A DNA stretch of 64,000 bases. Source: Christensenellales bacterium. GTDB lineage: Bacteria; Bacillota; Clostridia; Christensenellales; DTU072. The notes beneath the pieces are model-generated. The model did no database searches and was not told the DNA's origin. It worked only from the letters and a program-made list of their open reading frames with translations. Location: the NCBI GenBank assembly GCA_050945855.1, contig JBMNTS010000001.1, positions 21,587-85,586 of the forward strand. Reading direction: 5' to 3'. The position numbers and the translations under genes were made by a program. This document shows, in pieces, positions 55,784 through 64,000 of this stretch; the stretch's first letter is position 1; each line of letters starts with the position of its first letter.

Positions 55784-56610
55784 ACCGCGACCTCGATTTT
55801 GCGCTTGATGTCCGTATATTTGTAATCGGGCAAACAAAAATCCTCTACCTTAAAGGAGTAAAAATCCCGCTTATCCCCGTTAATCACAAGTTTGGGCGCG
55901 TCGTATTGGGGATTGTCCATAATTTGCTCTATGATGGGGATATGCCTGTCGTAAATATGCGCGTCCGCGATTACGTGCACCAATTCGCCTGCCTCCAGAC
56001 CGGAGGAGCGGGCAAACATGTGGATAAGCACCGCGTATTGCACCACGTTCCAGTTGTTTGCCACCAGCATATCCTGGGAACGCTGATTCAATATGCCGCA
56101 TAACTTGTTGCCGCTGACGTTAAGGGTAAGGGAGTAGGCGCAGGGATATAAATTCATTTCGTGCAGGTCGGCGTGATTGTAGATATTGGATATTATTCTT
56201 CTGCTGTGCGGATTGTATTTCAAATCAAAGAGCATTCTGTCCACCTGGTCGAACAGCCCTTCCTTATACTTGTGCTTTTGAGCAAGCTGGTAGCCGTACG
56301 CCTTACCTATGCTGCCGTTCTCGTCCGCCCAGGCATCCCAAATCTTGCTTGACAAATCGGCTACGTTATTGGATTTCTTTTGCCAAATCCAAAGAATCTC
56401 GTCTATCGCGGCGGCGTAATTGATTTTGCGTATGGTCTGAATGGGAAACTCTTTTTGTAAATCGTATCTGTTTACGATAGCGAATTTTTTGATTGTATGG
56501 GCCGGGGTTCCGTCCGTCCAACGGGGTCTTACCGCGCTGTCTTTATCGCTCACCCCGTTTTCCAAAATATCCGTGCAGTTTTCTATAAAAATTTTATCCG
56601 CTATACTCAT
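55780..56610 (-). CDS. thyA: Thymidylate synthase
   Basis: EILWIW, IWDAWAD, GKAYGYQ, LYPC, NQRSQD, DAHIYDRH. Confidence 0.96.
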   Translation of the reverse strand: MSIADKIFIENCTDILENGVSDKDSAVRPRWTDGTPAHTIKKFAIVNRYDLQKEFPIQTIRKINYAAAIDEILWIWQKKSNNVADLSSKIWDAWADENGSIGKAYGYQLAQKHKYKEGLFDQVDRMLFDLKYNPHSRRIISNIYNHADLHEMNLYPCAYSLTLNVSGNKLCGILNQRSQDMLVANNWNVVQYAVLIHMFARSSGLEAGELVHVIADAHIYDRHIPIIEQIMDNPQYDAPKLVINGDKRDFYSFKVEDFCLPDYKYTDIKRKIEVAV

Positions 56611-56675
56611 AAAAAAATTATACCATAATTCAAATTAAAATGAAAGTAAAAGTTGCGTTTATCCCTTGAAGGAAA

Positions 56676-57509
56676 TTATTGATCGGAAGTAATAATACTC
56701 CCCACTCTGTCCTCGCTCGCGTGACCGCTGAGCTTTACCAAAAAATCGTTTTCGCCGTATTCCGCAAGCACTGTCGCTCCGTCCGTAATTTTGACGGTAA
56801 GCAGCCTGTTTTTATCAAAGTAAGGATAAATTCTCCTTATGGGCGCGTTTTTATCTATACAAATGGTCTTCTCCTCTACGGGGTGCCGCCTGTCTTTTAA
56901 AAAGGAATTTTGCTCGGAAATAAAAAGATAAGCCTGCTTTTCCTGCCCGAACATTGACCCGAAAAACAAGGATACCGCGGCGATGCCCAAGGTCAGATTA
57001 ATCTGGAAAAACGCGCTTGCGATAAATAACGCAAACAGGATGACGGCTATTGCCGCGCCTGTCCTTTTCAATATTTTAAGCGTCTTAATGGGTTTTTTTG
57101 ACAGCGCAAGGATTATTCGCGCACCGTCCAAAGGGTATGCGGGCAGCAGATTGAAAAGCGCAAGCGCGAAATTGGCGGTAAACAAGGGATGGGTCAAAGG
57201 ATAAGTGGAAGGCGCAATCCACCACGACGCCGTTATTATCGTGCACAACAGCAGATTGACGCCTATACCCGCGGAAGCGATATAAAAAGCGTCCTGGCGG
57301 TGTATGTTTTCTTCGGAATACAACAGCGCGCCGTAAGGCATAAGCGTAAGCTCGGCCAACCTGTACCCGCGTGAGGCGGCCGCCTTATAGTGCGCCCATT
57401 CGTGAACAAATACCGCGATAAGGGCGGAGCAAGCCGCAATCAGCCTGCCGCCCAGCAACAGCAGCAGCAACAACACAACAAAAAAGGGATGCACCCTTAT
57501 ATTACGCAT
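56676..57509 (-). CDS. spoIVFB: M50 family intramembrane metalloprotease (SpoIVFB-like)
   Basis: HEWAH, PYGA, AG..VN, FNLLPAYPLDGAR; downstream of minDE as in spore formers; sigmaE-like promoter. Confidence 0.82.
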   Translation of the reverse strand: MRNIRVHPFFVVLLLLLLLGGRLIAACSALIAVFVHEWAHYKAAASRGYRLAELTLMPYGALLYSEENIHRQDAFYIASAGIGVNLLLCTIITASWWIAPSTYPLTHPLFTANFALALFNLLPAYPLDGARIILALSKKPIKTLKILKRTGAAIAVILFALFIASAFFQINLTLGIAAVSLFFGSMFGQEKQAYLFISEQNSFLKDRRHPVEEKTICIDKNAPIRRIYPYFDKNRLLTVKITDGATVLAEYGENDFLVKLSGHASEDRVGSIITSDQ

Positions 57510-57515
57510 ATAAAA

Positions 57516-57544
57516 ATTATATGAAAAATCGTTTTGCTAAATGC
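57516..57544 (-). promoter_or_regulatory. sigmaE-like promoter of spoIVFB
   Basis: GCATTTA-14 bp-CATATAAT, 6 nt before the ATG. Confidence 0.62.
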
Positions 57545-57560
57545 AGAAAGCTGAAATCAT

Positions 57561-57818
57561 TTATACGGATTTTACTTTATCCTCTATGGTGTTTACCCTG
57601 CACGCCTTTTCCGCAATGACCTTAATGTCTATGGAGTATTTGCCGTCCTGGTCCACTTCGATTTTAATATCTATATCCTCTTTGTGTATTTGGAAATAGC
57701 TTTTCAACACTTTTAACAAGTCATATCTTATCGCGCTGTATATACCGCTGGGGATAAAGGATTTGTTGGCTGTCAGGAGTTTTTTTAAGCGCTCTATTGA
57801 TTTGTCCTTTTCTTTCAT
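57561..57818 (-). CDS. minE: Cell division topological specificity factor MinE-like
   Basis: SIERLKKLL...IRYDLLKVLKSYF; ATGA-coupled to minD; divergent. Confidence 0.72.
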   Translation of the reverse strand: MKEKDKSIERLKKLLTANKSFIPSGIYSAIRYDLLKVLKSYFQIHKEDIDIKIEVDQDGKYSIDIKVIAEKACRVNTIEDKVKSV

Positions 57819-58633
57819 ATCTCGCCCTCCGCTTCCGCCGTATCTCTGACGAAAATTTTATGAAACATTTTATTAATCAGACTTTTGTAAGGCGCCGTGC
57901 AATCGTAAATGCCGCCTTTGCCGTTAATCAAAAAATCGGCGAGGAGATTGTAGGCACCGTTGCTTTCGCTGCGGTAGGCGTTGCCTTTCTGGATATTGTT
58001 ATATAAGGATATCTTATCGTCTTCGGGGATAACTCCCATCAGCCTTGCCCTTAGCAGTTTGGATATTTCATGAGCGGACATCATCTTTTTTTCTATTACC
58101 ATATCCCCCCTTATTCTGTTTACCACAATGCCCAGAAAATCCACGGCGTATGTGGAAAGCAGGCTTATCACCTTATCCGCGTCCCTTACCGAACTGATAT
58201 GCGGCGTAACCACCACTATCGCCTCGTTTGCGCAAAGCATGGCTCTGTGAAAGCCTTCCTCCACCCCGGCGGGACAATCCACAATAACATAGTCAAAACT
58301 TTTCTCCAGTTCTCTCGTGATAAGTTGCAGGGAATTGGAATCCAGCTTGTTTAAATCGGCCGCTTTGGAGGAAGGCAGGATATATAAATTGTTAAGATTG
58401 CCCTCCTGCACCAGCGCCTGAGAAATGCTGCATCGCTTTTCGATAATATCCCCGATATCGTATACGATTCTGTTCTCAACATCTAAGGCGACATCCAGAT
58501 TATTCAGCCCGATATCCGCATCCACCAAGCAGGTTTTTAGCCCGCGGCGCGCCAAAACGATGCCTAGATTGGCCACCACCGAAGTTTTGCCGGAGCCTCC
58601 TTTGCCTGAAGTTAATACTATTTTTCTGCCCAT
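57815..58633 (-). CDS. minD: Septum site-determining ATPase MinD
   Basis: TSGKGGSGKT, DADIGLNNLD, ENRIVYD, DCPAGVEEGF, SSVRDAD, LMGVIPED; start 58633 (MGRKI). Confidence 0.94.
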   Translation of the reverse strand: MGRKIVLTSGKGGSGKTSVVANLGIVLARRGLKTCLVDADIGLNNLDVALDVENRIVYDIGDIIEKRCSISQALVQEGNLNNLYILPSSKAADLNKLDSNSLQLITRELEKSFDYVIVDCPAGVEEGFHRAMLCANEAIVVVTPHISSVRDADKVISLLSTYAVDFLGIVVNRIRGDMVIEKKMMSAHEISKLLRARLMGVIPEDDKISLYNNIQKGNAYRSESNGAYNLLADFLINGKGGIYDCTAPYKSLINKMFHKIFVRDTAEAEGEI

Positions 58634-58745
58634 AGGTTGCCTCGCCCTAAATAATTTACACTTATTATTGTAAGGCAAAACAAAAGGATAAAAATATCTA
58701 ATTTTATCTAATAAAGCCGAAAAAAAATGAAAGCGAAAAAACTTA

Positions 58746-59720
58746 TCAGCGTTGCAGTTTTAACAGCGCGGCAAGCGTCTTATCCCTTTCCGCAAGCTTT
58801 GCCAAACCCTGAATTACGCTGAGTTCGGGCTGGGGAGAAAGGACCGCGGGGCGATGAAAATAGTTTTCAAAAAAGCTCTCTATTCCCTTTATGTTGGCGC
58901 CGCCGCCCGCTATATAAATTGATTTTTCCTCTATGGCTTCCAACAGATTGTCCGGAAGCAAGGTAAACAGCGAATCCATTATTTCCAAAATTTTGGTATA
59001 CGCGCTTATCACTTCTTCCCTGATGTCGTTGGTGGTCACGGTAGTGGTAAGTATTTCCCCGGTGATAATGTTCTGACCGGTGACTTTGGTGGAGAACAGG
59101 TCGGCAGGAATTAGGCTTGCCACCTCAAATTTGATATATTCTGCCGCCGCGGGGCTGATTTTCAGTTTGTATACCTTTTCTATCTTTTCCGCAATCAGCC
59201 TGTCAAGGTAATCTCCGCCTACCGAAGTGGAGCACCCTTCGATTATGCCGTCGTCCAGAATGCCGATGTCGCTGCCCGATGCCCCTATTATGGCAACGGG
59301 GGCGAAATGCACATAAGGCACCAGCGTAAGCAGGGAATCAATGAGGGTAACGTCTCTGAATCCCATGTCCTTGAAAACGTCGTAAAGCGCTTTCATATGT
59401 AATTGTTTGACGGACAGGCGCACGGTCACATAAACTTCCGCGCTTTTACGCAATCTCGGGAACTCTCTTTTGAATATATCCCCTAATATCAGCCCGCAAG
59501 GCTTAGGATACGCCACCCTGTCGCCCGCGAAAGGGGCTATAACGATATGGTTTTCATCCGGCGGATTTTTTAATAGCTCTACCGCGGCGCCGCCCGAAGC
59601 GACAAGCTTCAATTCTTCCCCTTTCTCGAACACGCCCAGGTTGCGCTCCCGCACCTGCTTGTCCTTAAAACGCGCGGTAATATAGTTTTTTCCCAAGTCT
59701 ATTAAAAGTTTTTCAGCCAT
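58746..59720 (-). CDS. Divergent MreB/Mbl-like actin-fold protein
   Basis: IDLG start, VGGDYLD..I.....Y.LKI...AAEYIKFEV, VTGQNIITG, IYIAGGGANIKG; maf-minD position; nucleotide-binding motifs altered. Confidence 0.75.
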   Translation of the reverse strand: MAEKLLIDLGKNYITARFKDKQVRERNLGVFEKGEELKLVASGGAAVELLKNPPDENHIVIAPFAGDRVAYPKPCGLILGDIFKREFPRLRKSAEVYVTVRLSVKQLHMKALYDVFKDMGFRDVTLIDSLLTLVPYVHFAPVAIIGASGSDIGILDDGIIEGCSTSVGGDYLDRLIAEKIEKVYKLKISPAAAEYIKFEVASLIPADLFSTKVTGQNIITGEILTTTVTTNDIREEVISAYTKILEIMDSLFTLLPDNLLEAIEEKSIYIAGGGANIKGIESFFENYFHRPAVLSPQPELSVIQGLAKLAERDKTLAALLKLQR

Positions 59721-60258
59721 TAGTTACTCCTATCCTTGCCAAAAGCTCTTTCAGCTTTTCCAAAGGCAGTCCCATAATGTTGGTATAGCTTCCCCGGTAG
59801 CCTGCTACCGGGTATTCGTCCTGAATGCCGTATGCGCCCGCTTTATCAAAAGGCAAAAATGTGTCCACGTATTGCGCTATCCCCTCTGGTGTAAGCTCTT
59901 TGAAGATTACCTCGCTCTTTTCGCTTTCTTTATATATTTTGCCTTTATACGCCACCGTCAGTCCGCTGTAAACCTCGTGAGTTTTGCCCGAAAGCGCGGC
60001 AAGCATGTTTATCGCCGCCTTTCTGTCCGCGGGCTTATGATAATATTCGCCGTCCAGATACACAACGGTGTCGCAGCCTATTACCAGATCTCCCTTTATC
60101 CCTACTATTTTCCGCGACGCTATCTCTTTTACCGTCGCTTCGGGAGTGGAGCCGATAAAATCTTCATCCGCCGCGGCGGGATGAATTTCAAACTCCGCAA
60201 AAATCTCTTTCAGCAATTCGTGTCTGCGGGGAGAAGCGCTTGCCAGCACAACTTTCAT
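59713..60258 (-). CDS. maf: Maf nucleoside triphosphate pyrophosphatase
   Basis: LASASPRR, IGCDTVV, KP, LSGKTH, DKAGAYGIQ, NIMGLP. Confidence 0.95.
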   Translation of the reverse strand: MKVVLASASPRRHELLKEIFAEFEIHPAAADEDFIGSTPEATVKEIASRKIVGIKGDLVIGCDTVVYLDGEYYHKPADRKAAINMLAALSGKTHEVYSGLTVAYKGKIYKESEKSEVIFKELTPEGIAQYVDTFLPFDKAGAYGIQDEYPVAGYRGSYTNIMGLPLEKLKELLARIGVTNG

Positions 60259-61772
60259 TATAAAATGTCCAGATTTTTCTTAAACGCGCGGCGGAATTCG
60301 GGCAACGCCCCCATGGCGTCCTTGATTTCCAGCGTACAATCGCCTTTCGTCTCCATTTTCAGGATTACGCTGTCACCAAGCACGTCGCAATTTATTTCCA
60401 CGATTACTCTGCCCATGCTTCTGTCAAAGCATTCCGCTATCCTTACTATTACTCCCAGCTTGCGTATGGCGTCAAGCTCCTCTTCGTTCAACAAGTCCGC
60501 ATAAGGGCGCAAGTCCTCGATATCCAGACCGTCCTTAGTATGCGACGCCGCCACAAAAGCCGAAATTATCAAATCCTTTTGGGAAATGCCGTATAAATTG
60601 CTGTTAAGAATAAAATACGCCGTATGCTTATGATGGTCATAGAATTTCAGACTGCTCCCTATGTCGTGGAGCATAGCGGCTACGCGCAAAATCTTAACAT
60701 ATCTGCGCGGCAGTTTATGCAGCACTCGCAGTTGGTGGTAAAGTTGCAGTGACAAATCAAAAACGTGTTCCGCATGCGGGATATTCATATTAAATTGTGA
60801 AAGCATGGTATAAATCCCGTGTCCCACCACGTCGCTGATGGGTTTTTCTATAGTTTGAGACACGGCGTAGGTAAACATCGCGCCTTCGCGGAAACCCGCT
60901 CCGCCTATTATCAGTTCGTTGAAATTAGTGCAGTTGATAAGCGCCTGAAGCGCGCTCAGCGCGGCGGGGAAAATATCCGCCCTGACACTGGAAAGACCTT
61001 TAATTTTTGCAAGTTTTTCCGCGTCCAGCGGTTTGATTGTGTTGTATATTGTCTGCAACTCGCCAAAAGGAATATGATAGTTGTGCGCCATATTCAAAGG
61101 GTATTTTCTGATTCTGCGGCTGATCCTGCCCAGATTTCTCAAAGAGCCGCCCACTCCAATAAGCTGCACGTCGGGCTCTATATCTTTAATCCAAGGCAGC
61201 TTTCTGATTTCCTCTTCCACATACTTCTCTATATTGTTGGCAATATCCTCGGGGTCGTTGCTTGTACCCGAAAACTTTTCGGTCAGAGTTACCGCTCCGA
61301 AAGGCAGCGTGTCCTGCGCTATCATTACCCTGCGGTTGTAATGTATAAGTTTTATGCTTCCGCCGCCGATATCTATTATCAGCCCTTTGGGTACATCCAT
61401 GGAATTGATTACCGCGCGGTAAACAAGGGTCGCCTCGTCCTCCTGCGAAATAACGGTAAGTTTAATGCCGCAGGTGTTGGCCACCTCGTCGATAAAGCTT
61501 TGCTTATTTTTTGCCCTTCTCACAACCGCCGTAGCGTAAGCGAATACCTTGCTGACTCCGTGACTTTCGTAGAGAGTGCGAAAAGTGCGCAACGTTTTTA
61601 TGGTCTGAGCCACTCTTAAGGGACGCAAAAAACCGTCCGTTTCCATATCTTTGGCAAGCCTTACCGGCTCTTTCAATTCGTCAATAACTACAAAATAACC
61701 ACCTTTGAGTATCCTTACTATTACAAGCCTTGCCGAGTTTGAGCCCAAATCTATTATAGCTATTTTTTCCAT
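60258..61772 (-). CDS. ppx: Ppx/GppA exopolyphosphatase with C-terminal HD domain
   Basis: IDLGSNSARL, ATAVVRRA.N, ISQEDEA, DIGGGS, GVGGS, RADI, GFREG, LHDIG, HHKH. Confidence 0.93.
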   Translation of the reverse strand: MEKIAIIDLGSNSARLVIVRILKGGYFVVIDELKEPVRLAKDMETDGFLRPLRVAQTIKTLRTFRTLYESHGVSKVFAYATAVVRRAKNKQSFIDEVANTCGIKLTVISQEDEATLVYRAVINSMDVPKGLIIDIGGGSIKLIHYNRRVMIAQDTLPFGAVTLTEKFSGTSNDPEDIANNIEKYVEEEIRKLPWIKDIEPDVQLIGVGGSLRNLGRISRRIRKYPLNMAHNYHIPFGELQTIYNTIKPLDAEKLAKIKGLSSVRADIFPAALSALQALINCTNFNELIIGGAGFREGAMFTYAVSQTIEKPISDVVGHGIYTMLSQFNMNIPHAEHVFDLSLQLYHQLRVLHKLPRRYVKILRVAAMLHDIGSSLKFYDHHKHTAYFILNSNLYGISQKDLIISAFVAASHTKDGLDIEDLRPYADLLNEEELDAIRKLGVIVRIAECFDRSMGRVIVEINCDVLGDSVILKMETKGDCTLEIKDAMGALPEFRRAFKKNLDIL

Positions 61773-61836
61773 ATAACTCCTTTTACCATATCTTGTATCA
61801 TTACCCTATATTGATACAAGCATTATTTACATCAGT

Positions 61837-62790
61837 TTATTTATTTACTATATTTTGTTCTTCGCCCCTGATAAACGCCGCCACATTGGAGACCAGTATA
61901 TCCATAAGCCTGCTTCTCGCCTCCACCGTCGCCCAAGCGATATGCGGGGTAATCACGGTGTTTTTTGCCTTAAGCAGGGGGTTGTCCGCAGGCGGCGGCT
62001 CCACTGAGAGCACGTCCAGCCCCGCTCCCCTGATCCTTCCCTTGTTAAGCGCGTCCGCCAGGTCCCGCTCGTTGATCAGCGGTCCCCTTGCCGTATTAAT
62101 GATTATCGCGCCGGGCTTCATCAGCGATATTGTGCCCGCGTTAATCATACCTTTATTATCTGCAGTTAAAGGACAATTTAAAGAAATGATATCGGAATCA
62201 GCTAAAAGCGTTTCCAAGGCTACAAAATAACTGCTTTTTCCTATATCTTCTTTTTTGCCGTTGTAGACAAGCACATTCATGCCGAAGGCGCGCGCGACCT
62301 GCTCCACCCTTTTGCCTATTCTCCCGTAACCCACTATGCCCAAGGTCTTGCCGCAAATCTGGCTCATACCAGGTCTGTAATAGCAAAAATCCCTGCTGGA
62401 TGTCCATTGTCCCCGCTTTACGGTGTCGTTATGGTATCCTGTGCCTATGACCACTTCAAGCAGCAAAGAAAAGACTGCCTGCACAACGCTTTCGGTACTA
62501 TATGAAGGTACGTTTGATACGGATATATTCTTTAGCTTGGCGTAGGCGCAATCTATTACGTTGTACCCTGTCGCCATAACCGCGATATGCTTAAGTTTGG
62601 GCAGAGCGTCAATGACTTCTCTGTTAAATACAACTTTGTTCGTGAGCGCAATGTCCGCGTCTATCGCTCTTTCAATCACTTTATCCTTAGGAGTGCGGTC
62701 GTAAACAGTCGTATCTCCCAAAGCTTTGAGAGCGTCCCAGCTTAAATCTCCGCTATTAAGGCAATATCCGTCAAGCACGACTATTTTCAT
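61837..62790 (-). CDS. D-2-hydroxyacid dehydrogenase (glycerate dehydrogenase-like)
   Basis: VLDGY.LN.GDL, ATGYN, GYGRIG, INTARG, LDVL..EP, TPHIAWA; promoter TTGACT-17-TATAAT at 62818-62846. Confidence 0.93.
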   Translation of the reverse strand: MKIVVLDGYCLNSGDLSWDALKALGDTTVYDRTPKDKVIERAIDADIALTNKVVFNREVIDALPKLKHIAVMATGYNVIDCAYAKLKNISVSNVPSYSTESVVQAVFSLLLEVVIGTGYHNDTVKRGQWTSSRDFCYYRPGMSQICGKTLGIVGYGRIGKRVEQVARAFGMNVLVYNGKKEDIGKSSYFVALETLLADSDIISLNCPLTADNKGMINAGTISLMKPGAIIINTARGPLINERDLADALNKGRIRGAGLDVLSVEPPPADNPLLKAKNTVITPHIAWATVEARSRLMDILVSNVAAFIRGEEQNIVNK

Positions 62791-62916
62791 CTCTTTTCTC
62801 CTAGTATCCTAGCTTATATTATATCCTTAAATAGCCCGCAAGTCAATAAGCGATTTTTTAAACATCACTGTTTAATGGTCGGAAAATATGTAATTATGTG
62901 GTCGAGAATAGTAAAA

Positions 62917-63705
62917 TTAAGATATATTTATGCTAATTTCAACCCAGTCGCTATACTCGTAAAGCTCGTATAGCTCAAGCGGATAATTTTGGACTACTAT
63001 AATGGATTGACCGGTCGCGGGGTCTTTCGCGGTGAAGCTGGTATTATTAAGCGCCCTTACTCTTACGGTAAACGTGCCCTTTTCATCTTTAGGTAAAACA
63101 TAGGTATGCCTGTTGCTTTTTTCCAATATGGAATCACTGAAAGCGTTCTCCGAAGGCAATTTGTCCTGCAACTCAAAACTTGTTACCACACCTGCCTCAA
63201 AATTGTTTTTTTCATAATACACATAGGGCAGAATAAGATTGTAGGTATTCTCCTTTTCCGCATCGGCAACCAACTCGGGCTCCAGGGAAAACACCAATTC
63301 AAGAGGCCGGACATAAAAGGTTTTCCACTCGGAAAAGGGTTTTACCTTGCCGTTTGCCACGCATTGCACCCTGAATTTTAGTTCTCCGCGCTTACGGGGT
63401 ATAGTAAAAGAGGATTCCGCGCTCACCCCTTTATGGATTACTCCGGGGTAGAGCGCGTACTCATACTCGATATTATACCCTTCCGCCTTTTCGATATCGC
63501 TCCAGTTTAATGCGATAACGAACCTGCTATCCTCGTTAATCTTTGCGGTAAGGTCTTTAATTACATAATCCGCTTTTGACTTCCAAATTAAAATGCCTAA
63601 AACAGTGCCCGTCGCCAATACCGCCACAATAATCAACATCGTTATCGCGTAAGTAAGATTAAACTTTTCTTTAAGCAATTTAATTGCGGATTGTAGTTTG
63701 CTCAC
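62917..63705 (-). CDS. Hypothetical membrane-anchored protein, possible FN3-like domains
   Basis: GTG start with RBS; single N-terminal TM; beta-rich segments LNWSD...GYNIEY, FRVQC...FSEW, FTVRVRAL...SDW. Confidence 0.6.
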   Translation of the reverse strand: MSKLQSAIKLLKEKFNLTYAITMLIIVAVLATGTVLGILIWKSKADYVIKDLTAKINEDSRFVIALNWSDIEKAEGYNIEYEYALYPGVIHKGVSAESSFTIPRKRGELKFRVQCVANGKVKPFSEWKTFYVRPLELVFSLEPELVADAEKENTYNLILPYVYYEKNNFEAGVVTSFELQDKLPSENAFSDSILEKSNRHTYVLPKDEKGTFTVRVRALNNTSFTAKDPATGQSIIVVQNYPLELYELYEYSDWVEISINIS

Positions 63706-63719
63706 CTTTTCCTCGCCGT

Positions 63720-64000
63720 CTACACCCTGACCTTTTTAAGTTTGGCAAATCTGGGTAAGCCGTTTTCAAGAGGCATAGGATTGCTGCCCTGAATTAAAGG
63801 CATCGCGTAATCTATAAACTCTTTTTTCAGATTGGTGCCGTCCTCGCCAATCCAGCTTAAAGGAACGGTTTTTTCCGTATTCGCCGCAATTTCCAAGGGT
63901 ATCAATTTGTATATGCACTTATACTCCGCGCATGAGGCGTCCCTTTCAAAGACTACCATTTTATCCGTTTCGCCCGCGCAAGCGGCTCTTACCGCAGTGG
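63720..64000 (-). CDS. 6-phosphofructokinase, probable PPi-dependent clostridial type, 3' end only
   Basis: C-terminus ...AANTEKTVPLSWI..DG......FIDYAMPLIQG......NGLPRFAKL; frame continues off window. Confidence 0.75.
   Translation of the reverse strand, partial: TAVRAACAGETDKMVVFERDASCAEYKCIYKLIPLEIAANTEKTVPLSWIGEDGTNLKKEFIDYAMPLIQGSNPMPLENGLPRFAKLKKVRV

Noticed and set aside
55783..58678. N-terminal extensions on folA (55837) and minD (58678); likewise dnaB, pepF, rex, hisD, rlmN
   Set aside because: Longest-ORF artefacts; downstream starts have an RBS or stop/start coupling and match family N-termini.
59872..61619. 210-aa and 266-aa plus-strand ORFs
   Set aside because: Antisense to maf and ppx; typical reverse-frame shadows.

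Overview
A 64-kb stretch of core chromosome from a spore-forming Clostridia-class Firmicute. The lineage is inferred from gene content and order and cannot be fixed from this window. It is dense, mostly minus-strand housekeeping DNA: ligA(5' end)/pcrA/dGTPase/ppdK; the yqfCD-pgpH-ybeY/era-yqzL-recO region; dnaB/pepF; rnj/U32; serCA; transporters; rex; a tRNA-Gly-Cys-Leu cluster; a his operon; the yicC-gmk-rpoZ-priA-def-fmt-rsmB-rlmN-rsgA-rpe-spoVM/rpmB region; thyA-folA; and the ppx-maf-mreB-like-minDE-spoIVFB region. I saw no phage, transposase, integrase, CRISPR array or rRNA, and no clearly novel multi-gene system. The most interesting signals are: (1) a single-ORF YbeY-Era fusion; (2) an rsgA that apparently starts at a non-canonical ATT codon; (3) several apparently leaderless genes, including two sporulation genes with matching sigmaE-like promoters; (4) absence of cell-elongation/envelope genes (mreC/D, pbp, minC, mltG, prpC/prkC, dgkA) from their usual loci, together with a degenerate MreB-like protein; (5) a 915-aa NTPase-TPR-SARP-like regulator whose promoter carries 11-bp direct repeats; (6) a his operon lacking hisH and hisC; and (7) small genes missed by the ORF track (spoVM, yqzL). 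All product calls come from motif recognition and gene context; no database searches were run.
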